Virus record (IMG/VR): IMGVR_UViG_3300029822_000002 | Coordinates: 2,107 to 66,106 of that record | Reading direction: 5' to 3' (one strand) | From: a virus | DNA: 64,000 bases | In this document: one piece after another, positions 29,257-39,045 of the stretch | Position numbering within the stretch: position 1 is the stretch's first letter | Layout: every line of letters begins with the position of its first letter | The notes under the pieces: model-generated | Told to the model about the DNA's origin: nothing | Database searches by the model: none | What the model saw: the letters and a program-made list of their open reading frames with translations, nothing else | Made by a program: the position numbers and the translations under genes

Positions 29257-30081
29257 ATGAATACAGAATTAATTAAAAATGAAGTATATAAAAATGAAAA
29301 ATCAAAAATTGTAAAAAAATATTTATTTTTTAATATTACATTTATTATTGTAGTTTTTTTATCTTTATCTAGTGCATCTATTCATCCAGATGAATCAAAA
29401 ATATTAAATAAATTTAAAAAAGAAACGGAAACAGTATATAAAGAAAGAGATTCATTAAAAAATATACTTTTAAATGAATTAACTGCACTTAAATTAAGAG
29501 AAAAGGATTTAATAAGAAAATCATTGTCTATTTCTGATGATATCAATTATATTGATTATAGTAATTATACAGTAACAGATTTATATAAAGAAATTAAAAA
29601 TCAAAATAATGTTTATAGTGATTTAAATAATAAGATTAATATATCAATTGATTCTATACATCATTTACCAACATTAACACCAATATCATCAAGTGATTTA
29701 ATTAGAATAACAAGTGGATTTGGACATAGAAAACACCCAATAACAAAAAAATGGTCATTTCATGAGGGTATTGACATATCAGCAACAAAAAGAACTGAAG
29801 TTTATGCAACATCAGATGGAATTATAGAAAATGTATATAAAAATAAAACAGGATATGGAAATAGAGTTATAATAAAACATAAGTATGGATATAAAACAGT
29901 TTATGCACATTTAAGTTCAATATCTGTTAAAAAAGGACAAATTATTAAAAGAAATCAAAAAATTGGTTATGTTGGAAGTACTGGTACATCAACTAATAAT
30001 CATTTACATTATGAGATATTATTAAATAATAGACCAGTTGATCCTGTTGATTATATTTATGCATATAATAAAAATTATTGA
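29257..30081 (+). CDS. M23 family metallopeptidase (peptidoglycan hydrolase-like), N-terminal TM and coiled coil
   Basis: HEGIDI, GYGNRV.IKH, YAHL, VGSTG.ST..HLHYEI. Confidence 0.92.
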   Translation: MNTELIKNEVYKNEKSKIVKKYLFFNITFIIVVFLSLSSASIHPDESKILNKFKKETETVYKERDSLKNILLNELTALKLREKDLIRKSLSISDDINYIDYSNYTVTDLYKEIKNQNNVYSDLNNKINISIDSIHHLPTLTPISSSDLIRITSGFGHRKHPITKKWSFHEGIDISATKRTEVYATSDGIIENVYKNKTGYGNRVIIKHKYGYKTVYAHLSSISVKKGQIIKRNQKIGYVGSTGTSTNNHLHYEILLNNRPVDPVDYIYAYNKNY

Positions 30082-30151
30082 ATTCTAACATATAATTTTT
30101 AAACTTATCTGATATCGTAAAATATAAGATATTAAAATTAATTTAATTAAA

Positions 30152-30847
30152 ATGCCAAGAAATAATCATGGTTATAAAATTTATAAAACATATACAATAA
30201 AGGATGTCTTTGAATTATTAAAACAAAATAAAATACCAGATGAATTAATATATCATGTTAAAGATATGAATGATTCATTGAAAAGAGCTAATATAATAAA
30301 AAATTTAATTGATAGAGATGGATTAAAATGTCAGCACTGTAATAAAATACCAGAATATTTTGCTTCTGCAAAAGATAATGCGGGTAGATGGCATTTAGAT
30401 TTATATAGTGATGATAATGGTGAACCATATATGTATACAATTGATCATATTTATCCAAAAAGTAAAGGCGGAAAAAATGAATTAGAAAATTATCAACTTT
30501 TATGCAAACCATGTAATGAAATAAAAGGCGATAAAGTTGATGGTGAAGAACCTAAGCCAAAAACTATAAATAAAAGCAAATATATTAATAAAAAATTGGA
30601 ATCATTATCTCAACAAATTAAAGGAATACTATTAAAATTAAAAAATCACAAATTGGTTTGCATAAAATGTCAAAAAAATTTTACATTAGATAAAGAGTAT
30701 AGTATAATTGACATTAATGTTAAAATTGATAATGAATTCAACACTAAATATTTAATTTATTTAAAAGATGATAATGGTAAAATTGTTAGAACAACATTTG
30801 ATAATTTTATTACTAAAATAGATTATGAAAATTATTATAAACAATGA
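30152..30847 (+). CDS. HNH endonuclease
   Basis: CQHC; TIDHIYPKSKGG.NELENYQLLCKPCNEIKG. Confidence 0.88.
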   Translation: MPRNNHGYKIYKTYTIKDVFELLKQNKIPDELIYHVKDMNDSLKRANIIKNLIDRDGLKCQHCNKIPEYFASAKDNAGRWHLDLYSDDNGEPYMYTIDHIYPKSKGGKNELENYQLLCKPCNEIKGDKVDGEEPKPKTINKSKYINKKLESLSQQIKGILLKLKNHKLVCIKCQKNFTLDKEYSIIDINVKIDNEFNTKYLIYLKDDNGKIVRTTFDNFITKIDYENYYKQ

Positions 30848-31239
30848 TAGAAGAAATTAAAATAGATATTAATGATACCATATCCGTATTACATAATACA
30901 TCAACCATAAATAGACAAATTATTATGGGTATTATAAAATTTTCTAATATTTATAATTTTACGAAAATTAAAACTAATGGTAATATAATATCAAATTTAA
31001 TGGATAATATACCATCACATAGTAAATTATCATTTAATCATGATAAAATAGGTCTTATAGGAATATTAGCGAATAAAATAAAAATATATTTAGATGGTGA
31101 TATGAGATGGGATGATAATAGATTGGTGCCAATGTATGATGATTTATATATAAGAAAATTAAAAATAAATAAAATTAAAAATAAAAATTGTAATTTATTG
31201 ATTTTAAAAGAAATAAAATTAAATAATTATAACTTTTAA
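30844..31239 (+). CDS. Hypothetical protein
   Basis: ORF track. Confidence 0.6.
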   Translation: MIEEIKIDINDTISVLHNTSTINRQIIMGIIKFSNIYNFTKIKTNGNIISNLMDNIPSHSKLSFNHDKIGLIGILANKIKIYLDGDMRWDDNRLVPMYDDLYIRKLKINKIKNKNCNLLILKEIKLNNYNF

Positions 31240-31266
31240 TATTTTATATATAATAAAAAATAATAA

Positions 31267-31455
31267 ATGATTATGAAAGAACAAATTATTAAAGAAACTG
31301 GTCTATCTGAAAAAGATTTAAAAGATCTTAGAGAGAAATTTGTTGATAAATATATCAATGAAAAAGGTTGGGATAAAAATGATCTGAAACCTGAACAATT
31401 AAATGAAATATATCAACAAGAAGAATATAAAAAACCAGGATTACTTTTTAGTTAA
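31267..31455 (+). CDS. Hypothetical protein
   Basis: ORF track; followed by terminator. Confidence 0.7.
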   Translation: MIMKEQIIKETGLSEKDLKDLREKFVDKYINEKGWDKNDLKPEQLNEIYQQEEYKKPGLLFS

Positions 31456-31490
31456 AAATAAATCCCTTATAATTAAGGGATTTATTTTTT
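31455..31490 (+). terminator. Intrinsic terminator
   Basis: AAAAATAAATCCCTT-ATAATT-AAGGGATTTATTTTT. Confidence 0.8.
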
Positions 31491-31539
31491 AAACTATTTT
31501 AATTTTTTATAATAAAATATAAAAATAAAATATAATATT

Positions 31540-31707
31540 ATGAAAACACTAAAGAAAAATGATCAAATTATTAGAGTAAAAGAATCAGAAGTTAATAATT
31601 ATTTAAGTATGGGATATAGTTATACACCTAAATCAATTTGGAAGAAAAATATTAGAGATATTAATAAAGATAGTAAAATGGATAAAAAAGATAAAAAATC
31701 TAAATAG
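31540..31707 (+). CDS. Small basic hypothetical protein (55 aa, not in ORF track)
   Basis: MKTLKKNDQIIRVKESEVNNYLSMGYSYTPKSIWK... Confidence 0.6.
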   Translation: MKTLKKNDQIIRVKESEVNNYLSMGYSYTPKSIWKKNIRDINKDSKMDKKDKKSK

Positions 31708-31732
31708 TTTATTTAATATATAAAAATAAAAA

Positions 31733-32086
31733 ATGTCAAAAATTCTAATAGTAGATGATGTTGATGTTAACAGATTATTATTAAATGAGTTATTATCTGA
31801 TTTTAATATTGACATATTAGAAGCTGATAACGGTAAAGAGTGTATAAATACATTTATTAATAATTCTGATATAAGTTTAATTTTTATGGATATACAAATG
31901 CCATTAATGAATGGAATAGAAGCAACAAAATATATAAGAGAAAACTTAAATAAAGATATACCAATAATTGCTGTTACTGCTTATAGTACAGTTGAATTTA
32001 AAAATATTAATATATTTAATGATATTTTATTAAAACCACTAAATAAGAAAATAGTATCTGATACTATAAAAAAATATTTAGTGTAA
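31733..32086 (+). CDS. Stand-alone response-regulator receiver (CheY-like)
   Basis: ILIVDD, FMDIQMPLMNG.EA, IIAVTA, KP. Confidence 0.92.
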   Translation: MSKILIVDDVDVNRLLLNELLSDFNIDILEADNGKECINTFINNSDISLIFMDIQMPLMNGIEATKYIRENLNKDIPIIAVTAYSTVEFKNINIFNDILLKPLNKKIVSDTIKKYLV

Positions 32087-32132
32087 TTTTTTTTATTATA
32101 ATATTTTTATTATTTTTGTAAAAAATTAAAGC

Positions 32133-32765
32133 ATGCAAAAATACATAAGAACGTATTACAAAAACAAGAAAGTTATAGTTAACTTAAGTAGTTGTAATAA
32201 ATGCCCACTTTTATCTTTAGATTTCAATAATAAAAATTGTAAATGTAGATATTTTAGTTCCGAAGATGGAAATAATATTATAAAAAATAACATATACATT
32301 TATGATATTGATAAATATTCGTTATATGAATTTATTAATATCCCAAAATGGTGTGAATTGCCAAATAATTTATCTGATTTAATTCATAAATTTTATTATA
32401 CATTTAAAGTATATGAAAATAGTTTATCCATAAATACTATGGATTTTGATGCTTTGAACTTAGACACATTATATTATAATTATGATATGAAAGGATTTAT
32501 ACATAGTTATAATGATATAAGAACAGATAATAATACAATTACTACAGATATTAAAAAATATAATCAAGGATTAGTGTGTTCTTTATGTGGAGAAGAAGAT
32601 ACAAGTGTTAATAGGTCAGTTAATTTTGGTATGTGTGATACATGCTGGGAATTATCCCAAAATAATGATTATAATAAAAGATTATCATATCTTAATAACT
32701 TTAGATTAAAAAGAAATAAAAAAATAAAATCTACAATAAAAGTTTTGAAAGATATTAAAATTTAA
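32133..32765 (+). CDS. Cys-rich putative zinc-binding protein, tandem paralog A
   Basis: CNKCP, IPKWC, CSLCG..VNR..N.GMC..C, NNFRLKR. Confidence 0.7.
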   Translation: MQKYIRTYYKNKKVIVNLSSCNKCPLLSLDFNNKNCKCRYFSSEDGNNIIKNNIYIYDIDKYSLYEFINIPKWCELPNNLSDLIHKFYYTFKVYENSLSINTMDFDALNLDTLYYNYDMKGFIHSYNDIRTDNNTITTDIKKYNQGLVCSLCGEEDTSVNRSVNFGMCDTCWELSQNNDYNKRLSYLNNFRLKRNKKIKSTIKVLKDIKI

Positions 32766-32769
32766 TTTA

Positions 32770-33357
32770 ATGGATAAATATATATCTACATTTGTTGATG
32801 ATAAACCAACCTGTTTAAAATTAAACAGTTGTAATTTATGTCCATATTTAAAGATTGACGCTATTAATAAAAAATCATATTGTTTAAAAAATAGTAATAC
32901 TATATCTAAATTAAGATCATACACTTATGAATATGGATATCATAGACCTATTCTAAAAATAGATATACCAATATGGTGTCATTTAAGTAGTGATTTTTTC
33001 AATTGTTTAACGGAAAAATATGTTTATTTTTATAAATATGGAGAAGTTGTTAAAAAAGAAATAGTTTGTATAAATAAAAATTTTTTAAATGATATTGATG
33101 TTAAATATTCGATTAATAGATTAATAAGGAAGAAAAGTAATAATACTGATATTATTAATAATATTATTGAAACTAATAATACTTGTTCATGTTGCGGAAA
33201 ATCTAAAAATAATGTCAATAGGGATATAAATATGGGAATGTGTAAAGATTGCAATGATGTTTTTACTAATGATAAAAAGTATTTTATATACATTAATAAT
33301 TTTAGATTAAAAAGAAAATCTGAATATTTAAATAAAAAATTTAAAAAAGCTTTTTAA
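32770..33357 (+). CDS. Cys-rich putative zinc-binding protein, tandem paralog B
   Basis: Same motif order as 32133..32765. Confidence 0.7.
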   Translation: MDKYISTFVDDKPTCLKLNSCNLCPYLKIDAINKKSYCLKNSNTISKLRSYTYEYGYHRPILKIDIPIWCHLSSDFFNCLTEKYVYFYKYGEVVKKEIVCINKNFLNDIDVKYSINRLIRKKSNNTDIINNIIETNNTCSCCGKSKNNVNRDINMGMCKDCNDVFTNDKKYFIYINNFRLKRKSEYLNKKFKKAF

Positions 33358-33398
33358 TTATAAAAAAATATAGTATTTTTGTAAAAATATTAATATGT

Positions 33399-33746
33399 AT
33401 GATGTATAGTAGAGACAAATATGAGCAAATGTTAAATGATATACAAAGTAGTGTATCATCTGATACTGATAGCATAACCGATTTATTAAGTGAATTAGGT
33501 ATTAAAAATTCGAAATCTGATGTTTATAGACTAATACTATGGAATGATCATGTCAATGATATTATGGATGTAATGTTAGCGTTATATGATATTTGTAAAT
33601 TATCAAGTGAAGAATGTATTAGAGTAACAATGGAAGCACACAACAAGGGTAAATCAGTTGTTAAAACTGGATCATTTGATGAAATGATGAAATTAAAAAA
33701 AGGATTAAATAGTAGAAATTTAGAAGCAACCGTTGAAATTGATTAA
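33399..33746 (+). CDS. clpS: Clp protease adaptor ClpS
   Basis: LILWNDHVN..MDV...L..IC...E.C....MEAH.KGKSVVK.G. Confidence 0.85.
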   Translation: MMYSRDKYEQMLNDIQSSVSSDTDSITDLLSELGIKNSKSDVYRLILWNDHVNDIMDVMLALYDICKLSSEECIRVTMEAHNKGKSVVKTGSFDEMMKLKKGLNSRNLEATVEID

Positions 33747-34164
33747 TAATATGAAAGAAATTTATTGGGGATTTAAAGTTAAAACTGATTCTTATGCAGG
33801 TAATTTTGAGAGAGAAATGTGTGCATATATGACTGGTCAATTAGGAGAATGTGGAGTAGGTGATGAATTTGTTGACATGAATATATCAAATTTATTTAGT
33901 AATATTAAAGATTTACCTGATGATCATGGATGTTATAGACCAGTTGCGTTGGATAATTCAAATTCTGATAATTTTATTATATTTTTTGAAAGTGAACCAA
34001 CCGATGAACAAATTAAAATTATGTCAGAAAGATCTCATAATTTTTCAGAAGTTAGAAAAAATGTTGGTTCACTTTCAGAATTTTATAAAGATAAGAATAT
34101 AAAAGTATTAGGATTTGATTTGATAATGTTTGATAAAGATGGAATTTTAATTCAAAAACTATAG
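33733..34164 (+). CDS. Hypothetical protein
   Basis: TDSYAGNFEREMCAY.TG..GECGVG motif. Confidence 0.7.
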   Translation: MKLINNMKEIYWGFKVKTDSYAGNFEREMCAYMTGQLGECGVGDEFVDMNISNLFSNIKDLPDDHGCYRPVALDNSNSDNFIIFFESEPTDEQIKIMSERSHNFSEVRKNVGSLSEFYKDKNIKVLGFDLIMFDKDGILIQKL

Positions 34165-34166
34165 AT

Positions 34167-34373
34167 ATGGTATATATTTATATCAGATATGACGAGGGAA
34201 ATAAAACCAATTTAAATTACAGTAGTGTTGAATTACATTATGATAAAAATCATAAAAAAATATTTAATACTGGTAATTTTGTAAAAGATTGGTATGATAT
34301 GCGCAAATTTATGGTTATGGAAATTGAAAATGAATCAATTTTCAATCATTCATCAATTGTATTTGGATATTAA
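34167..34373 (+). CDS. Hypothetical protein, possibly frameshifted (continues in +1 frame to 34455)
   Basis: ORF track plus coding-like +1 frame 34330-34455. Confidence 0.5.
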   Translation: MVYIYIRYDEGNKTNLNYSSVELHYDKNHKKIFNTGNFVKDWYDMRKFMVMEIENESIFNHSSIVFGY

Positions 34374-34502
34374 CGGCATTGCAGATGGTATTGAATTTTT
34401 TGTGCACGAAGGAACCACACCTACATGGGAAGAATTAAAAACACTATGTGAATAAATGAACATACCATTTAAAATATGTTAATTTGTCAGTAAGTAAATA
34501 AA

Positions 34503-34518
34503 TGGTACATTTTTTGAC
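34503..34518 (+). promoter_or_regulatory. Possible sigma54-like -24/-12 element upstream of clpC
   Basis: TGGTAC-ATTTT-TTGAC, GG-N10-GA; TTGTCA/TGACAA inverted pair 34484-34520. Confidence 0.4.
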
Positions 34519-34574
34519 AATTTAAACAATTCAATAAAATTAATATATATTATAAAAACTAAAAACGCAACTAT

Positions 34575-37034
34575 ATGGAATATTCAGAAAATTTTAAAAA
34601 AGTAATTAAGAAAGCAAAGGAGTACTCTAATGGTTTAATTGAACCTCCTCATTTATTATTTGGAATAATAAGTATAAATGATTGTAATGGTTATAAAATA
34701 CTATCAAATATTATTGATATTGATGATGCTAAGAAAAAAATGAAAACATTTTTAAATAGTGATCCAATATCTGTTGATACAATTGAAAAAAAAGATGACG
34801 ATTTAGCATCATTAAGTACCGAAGCACAAAATATAATGATGCAATCCCAATTAGAAGCAAAAAAGTTTAATTCAAGTATCGTAAGAACAGAGCATCTTGT
34901 ATTATCTATTATAAGAGCTAAAGTTATACCAAATGTTACATATACCGATGCTGAAAATATTTATAATAAAGTATTTAATAAAAATTCTAATATGGAAAAA
35001 GATGATAATCCAACTGGAACTAATGTACCTTATAAAAAAACAAAAACACCAATTCTAGATGAATTTAGTACAGATTTAACAGATTTAGCAAAACAAAATA
35101 AGTTAGATCCTGTCATCGGTAGAGAAAAAGAAATTAAAAGAATTGCACAAGTCCTTTCTAGAAGGAAAAAAAATAACCCTATTCTTATTGGTAGTGCAGG
35201 TGTTGGGAAAACTGCTATTGTTGATGGTTTAGCACAAGCTATCATCAATAAAGAAACACCTGATATTTTACATAATAAGAGAATATTATCACTAGAAATG
35301 GGTTCTGTTGTAGCTGGAACTAAATACAGAGGAGAATTTGAAGAAAGAATGAAAAAAATTGTCGATGAATTAAAACAAAACTCAGATATTATTATCTATA
35401 TTGATGAAATTCATACAATAGTTGGAGCAGGCGGATCAACAGGATCATTAGATGCTGCAAATATTTTAAAACCAGCATTATCAAGGGGTGAAATTAGTTG
35501 CATTGGTTCTACTACAAATGAAGAATATAAAAAGATCGAAAAAGATGGTGCATTAGAAAGAAGGTTCCAAAAAATTAGAGTAAATGAACCAACATATAAT
35601 GAAACATATGAAATTCTTAAAAATCTTAAAGATAGATATGAAAATCACCACATGGTGGAATATACAGATGAATCCATAATAGCATGTTTAAAATTATCTG
35701 ATAGATATATATCTGATAGACAATTTCCTGATAAAGCGATTGATGTTATGGATGAAGCTGGTGCATCTGTTAGGATTAATATTGAAACACCTGTTGATAT
35801 AATCAATAAGGAAAATGAATTAGATGAAATAACTAAACAAAAATTAAAAAAAGTATCAGAACAAGATTTTTTATCAGCTGCAGAATTGTTAAAACAACAA
35901 AGATCAATAGAATCTGAACTTGAAATAATGAAAAATGATCTTAAAAATAAAAGATTATCAAAAAGAAAAAAGGTTAGAAAAGAAGATGTATATGAAGTTA
36001 TTTCTATAATGACAAATATACCATCTAAAAATATAACAGATGATGATACATCTAAACTTGTAAATTTACCATTTGAATTGAAGAAAAAGATAATTGGACA
36101 ATACGACGCAGTTGATAAAATATCAATGGCTATATTAAGAAACAAGGCTGGATTAAATGATGAAAAAAGACCAATTGGTACATTTTTATTACTAGGTCCT
36201 ACTGGTACAGGAAAAACACATATGGTTAAAAAATTGGCTGAACAATTATTTAATAGTGAAAGAGATTATATTAGAATAGATATGTCAGAATATATGGAGA
36301 AACACTCTGTATCTAGATTAATTGGAGCACCTCCTGGATACGTTGGTCACGAAGATGGTGGACAATTGACAGATGCAGTTAAAAATAAGCCATATTCTAT
36401 TATCCTTCTAGATGAAATCGAAAAAGCACACAATGATGTATGGAATGTACTATTACAAGTATTTGATGATGGTATATTAACAGATAGTCAGGGAAGAACT
36501 GTTGATTTTAAAAATACTGTTATTATTATGACTTCAAATATTGGTTCAAAAGAAGCAAAACTAAGAGGAGCTGGAATTGGATTTAATAGTGATAAACAAG
36601 TTATGAGTAAATCAATTGTTGAAAAAGAATTAAAGAAAAAATTCTCACCCGAATTCTTAAATAGAATTGATGAAGTTGTTCATTTCGATAGTCTTAGTAA
36701 AGATAATATTAAAAGTATTATTGATATTGAACTAGATAATTTTAGAAATAGATTAATTGATAATAATATCGATATTGAATTGGATGAAACTGCTAAAGAT
36801 TTTATATTTGAAAAAGGATGGGATGAAGATATGGGAGCAAGACCATTAAAAAGAGCAATACAAAAATACATACAAGATGAAGTATCTATAAAGATTATAA
36901 CAAAAGAAGTTGTAAATGGAGATAAGATAATTATTGCGAAATCTCAAACAGAAGATAAATTAGAGATAGTTAATATAACTAAAATGTTAATACCAATATC
37001 AGGTGATACTATAACAAATATGAATGACAAATAA
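34575..37034 (+). CDS. clpC: ATP-dependent Clp protease ATPase ClpC
   Basis: Clp-N repeats, two AAA+ modules (GSAGVGKT, GPTGTGKT), UVR middle domain, IGF loop (GAGIGFN). Confidence 0.93.
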   Translation: MEYSENFKKVIKKAKEYSNGLIEPPHLLFGIISINDCNGYKILSNIIDIDDAKKKMKTFLNSDPISVDTIEKKDDDLASLSTEAQNIMMQSQLEAKKFNSSIVRTEHLVLSIIRAKVIPNVTYTDAENIYNKVFNKNSNMEKDDNPTGTNVPYKKTKTPILDEFSTDLTDLAKQNKLDPVIGREKEIKRIAQVLSRRKKNNPILIGSAGVGKTAIVDGLAQAIINKETPDILHNKRILSLEMGSVVAGTKYRGEFEERMKKIVDELKQNSDIIIYIDEIHTIVGAGGSTGSLDAANILKPALSRGEISCIGSTTNEEYKKIEKDGALERRFQKIRVNEPTYNETYEILKNLKDRYENHHMVEYTDESIIACLKLSDRYISDRQFPDKAIDVMDEAGASVRINIETPVDIINKENELDEITKQKLKKVSEQDFLSAAELLKQQRSIESELEIMKNDLKNKRLSKRKKVRKEDVYEVISIMTNIPSKNITDDDTSKLVNLPFELKKKIIGQYDAVDKISMAILRNKAGLNDEKRPIGTFLLLGPTGTGKTHMVKKLAEQLFNSERDYIRIDMSEYMEKHSVSRLIGAPPGYVGHEDGGQLTDAVKNKPYSIILLDEIEKAHNDVWNVLLQVFDDGILTDSQGRTVDFKNTVIIMTSNIGSKEAKLRGAGIGFNSDKQVMSKSIVEKELKKKFSPEFLNRIDEVVHFDSLSKDNIKSIIDIELDNFRNRLIDNNIDIELDETAKDFIFEKGWDEDMGARPLKRAIQKYIQDEVSIKIITKEVVNGDKIIIAKSQTEDKLEIVNITKMLIPISGDTITNMNDK

Positions 37035-37036
37035 AT

Positions 37037-37066
37037 AAAAAACCCCGAATTAATTCGGGGTTTTTT
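37037..37066. terminator. Bidirectional intrinsic terminator
   Basis: AAAAAACCCCGAAT-TA-ATTCGGGGTTTTTT between convergent genes. Confidence 0.9.
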
Positions 37067-37069
37067 ATT

Positions 37070-38242
37070 TTATCTTTTATTATTTGAAGAACTACCTGAA
37101 CTCCTTGATGAACCACTAGAATTTCTCGATGATCCAACTGAACTCCTTGATGAACCACTAGAATTTCTCGATGATCCAACTGAACTCCTTGATGAACCAT
37201 TATTATTTCGTATTTGGTTATTTGAATTTGGTGTTCTATATGAATTATTATTTCTATTATTATTTCTATTATCACTATCTTTTAAAATATTATCGTATGG
37301 ACTGATAGATGGTCTATTATAAATATTTCTATTATTAGATTTTGGTTTATGATAATATTTTGGTCTATCTGTCCTGTTTTCTTGTTTATAATTCCTATTC
37401 ATATTATTTGGTCTATTTACTTCTACTGGTTTATTTGGTCTATTTGATATATTTGGTCTATTTACTTCTACTGGTTTATTTGGTCTAGTTAATTCTACTG
37501 GTTTATTTGGTCTAGTTAATTCTACTGGTTTATTTGGTCTAGTTAATTCTACTGGTTTTTCTTGTTTATAATTTCTATCTCCGTATCTATCCCTGTTATA
37601 TTGTCTATTTATTTCAATTGGATTATTTGTTGGTCTTCTACCATAATGTATATTATTATAATTTCTATTTTGATAATTTCTATTTTGATAATAATTTGCC
37701 CAATGATAATTATGATAATTATGATAATTATAATATGGGTAATTCCAAAAATATGTATATCTATATGTATATCTATACCTATAATTATACCTATAATATA
37801 TTGAATGTGAAAACATATTTGATATATACCAAGGTTCAACCCATACATGATCATTTATAATTATAATTCTATAAAAAGGATCAAATGCGTATGATTGTGC
37901 ATACCAATAGTCATTATTATAAAAATATGTACTAAAACCATATTTTCTAGCATTTAATCTTCTTTCATATGATTCTTGATAAGAATTTGATACTATATTT
38001 TCATATGGATTAGTATTTTCTGATTTATAAATAACAGTATCAATATTATTAGTAGTATCATTACTAAGAATATCATTATACTTATTTTCTAAATCGGAGT
38101 AAAAATCTTTATTTTGGATATTTTTTGTTTCAATATTATCATTATAATAAATATCATCGGAGTTTTTAGATAATTTATTAGATGTAGAACAACTCAAAAA
38201 TAAAATTGAACTTAATAAGAATAAAATAATTTTTGTTTTCAT
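37070..38242 (-). CDS. Bacteroidota-type lipoprotein with low-complexity repeat tail
   Basis: Lipobox LFLSC, DDIYY motif, Tyr/Asn-rich core, RPNKPVE and SSRSS/GSS repeats. Confidence 0.8.
   Translation of the reverse strand: MKTKIILFLLSSILFLSCSTSNKLSKNSDDIYYNDNIETKNIQNKDFYSDLENKYNDILSNDTTNNIDTVIYKSENTNPYENIVSNSYQESYERRLNARKYGFSTYFYNNDYWYAQSYAFDPFYRIIIINDHVWVEPWYISNMFSHSIYYRYNYRYRYTYRYTYFWNYPYYNYHNYHNYHWANYYQNRNYQNRNYNNIHYGRRPTNNPIEINRQYNRDRYGDRNYKQEKPVELTRPNKPVELTRPNKPVELTRPNKPVEVNRPNISNRPNKPVEVNRPNNMNRNYKQENRTDRPKYYHKPKSNNRNIYNRPSISPYDNILKDSDNRNNNRNNNSYRTPNSNNQIRNNNGSSRSSVGSSRNSSGSSRSSVGSSRNSSGSSRSSGSSSNNKR
37098..37200 (-). repeat. 42-bp coding tandem repeat (GSSRSSVGSSRNSS)
   Basis: Visible duplicated units within the lipoprotein gene. 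Confidence 0.8.
37406..37558 (-). repeat. 27-bp coding tandem repeat (RPNKPVE[LV][TN])
   Basis: About five copies within the lipoprotein gene. Confidence 0.85.
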
Positions 38243-38352
38243 AATTTTTGTTTTTTTTAATAATTATAAAACAAATATTATACCATTTATTTTTGTTATT
38301 ATATATTAAAAACTTAATAATAATTTTACACTAAAATAAAATAAAAAATATT

Positions 38353-38649
38353 ATGAAGAATAAAATTGAAATAGAACAATCGAACTTAATTGAATTATTA
38401 GTAGAAAAAGTTAAATTCTTAACAGAAGAATATATGATATTACATGATGCATATAAATCACACAAAGGTAAAATAACAGTAGATCCGCTTATTATATCAA
38501 GCTCACATGAGAAATTCTTAAAAGAATATGGTGATATAAGTAGAATACTAGAACTTTATCAATTGTTCATCTGTAAAGAAGATACACAAAAAGAAGATAT
38601 ACAAAAAAATACAAGAACAAGAAAAAAAGATGACGATAATAATGAATAA
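38353..38649 (+). CDS. Hypothetical protein
   Basis: ORF track. Confidence 0.6.
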   Translation: MKNKIEIEQSNLIELLVEKVKFLTEEYMILHDAYKSHKGKITVDPLIISSSHEKFLKEYGDISRILELYQLFICKEDTQKEDIQKNTRTRKKDDDNNE

Positions 38650-38700
38650 GTTTTGATATTTAAAATTTATTTATTATTTTTGTATTTAAACATTTTAAAC

Positions 38701-39033
38701 ATGATACATTATCCAAATATTGAAAAATTTGACGAAACTAATTATTATAAAGTTGGTCGTTTACCTAAACCAATACCAGAATCTATGTACAATGAACTTT
38801 TTAGTAAAGGTGTTATACCGAAAAAAGATTTAATTATTGGTAATTACTATTTAGGTAGGTGTAGAAATGCCAGTGTTGCTAAATGGGATGGTGATAAATT
38901 TCTTTATATGAGAAATAAATTTGGTCATTGGTCAATTGATAAAATAAATCATATGGAAGATGATAATGGTTATGATTTATTTGTGCCAGTAAAAGTAGTA
39001 GAGCCAACAGAAAAACAAATTGTTAATATCTAA
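38701..39033 (+). CDS. Hypothetical protein (G.YY.G.CRNA.VA.W family)
   Basis: ATG 38701 after TTTG(38652)-N19-TATTTTTG(38675) promoter. Confidence 0.75.
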   Translation: MIHYPNIEKFDETNYYKVGRLPKPIPESMYNELFSKGVIPKKDLIIGNYYLGRCRNASVAKWDGDKFLYMRNKFGHWSIDKINHMEDDNGYDLFVPVKVVEPTEKQIVNI

Positions 39034-39045
39034 AAATAATTTTAA

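Noticed and set aside
37098-37558. CRISPR array
   Set aside because: Repeats are in-frame coding units (27 and 42 bp) with no unique spacers; no cas genes
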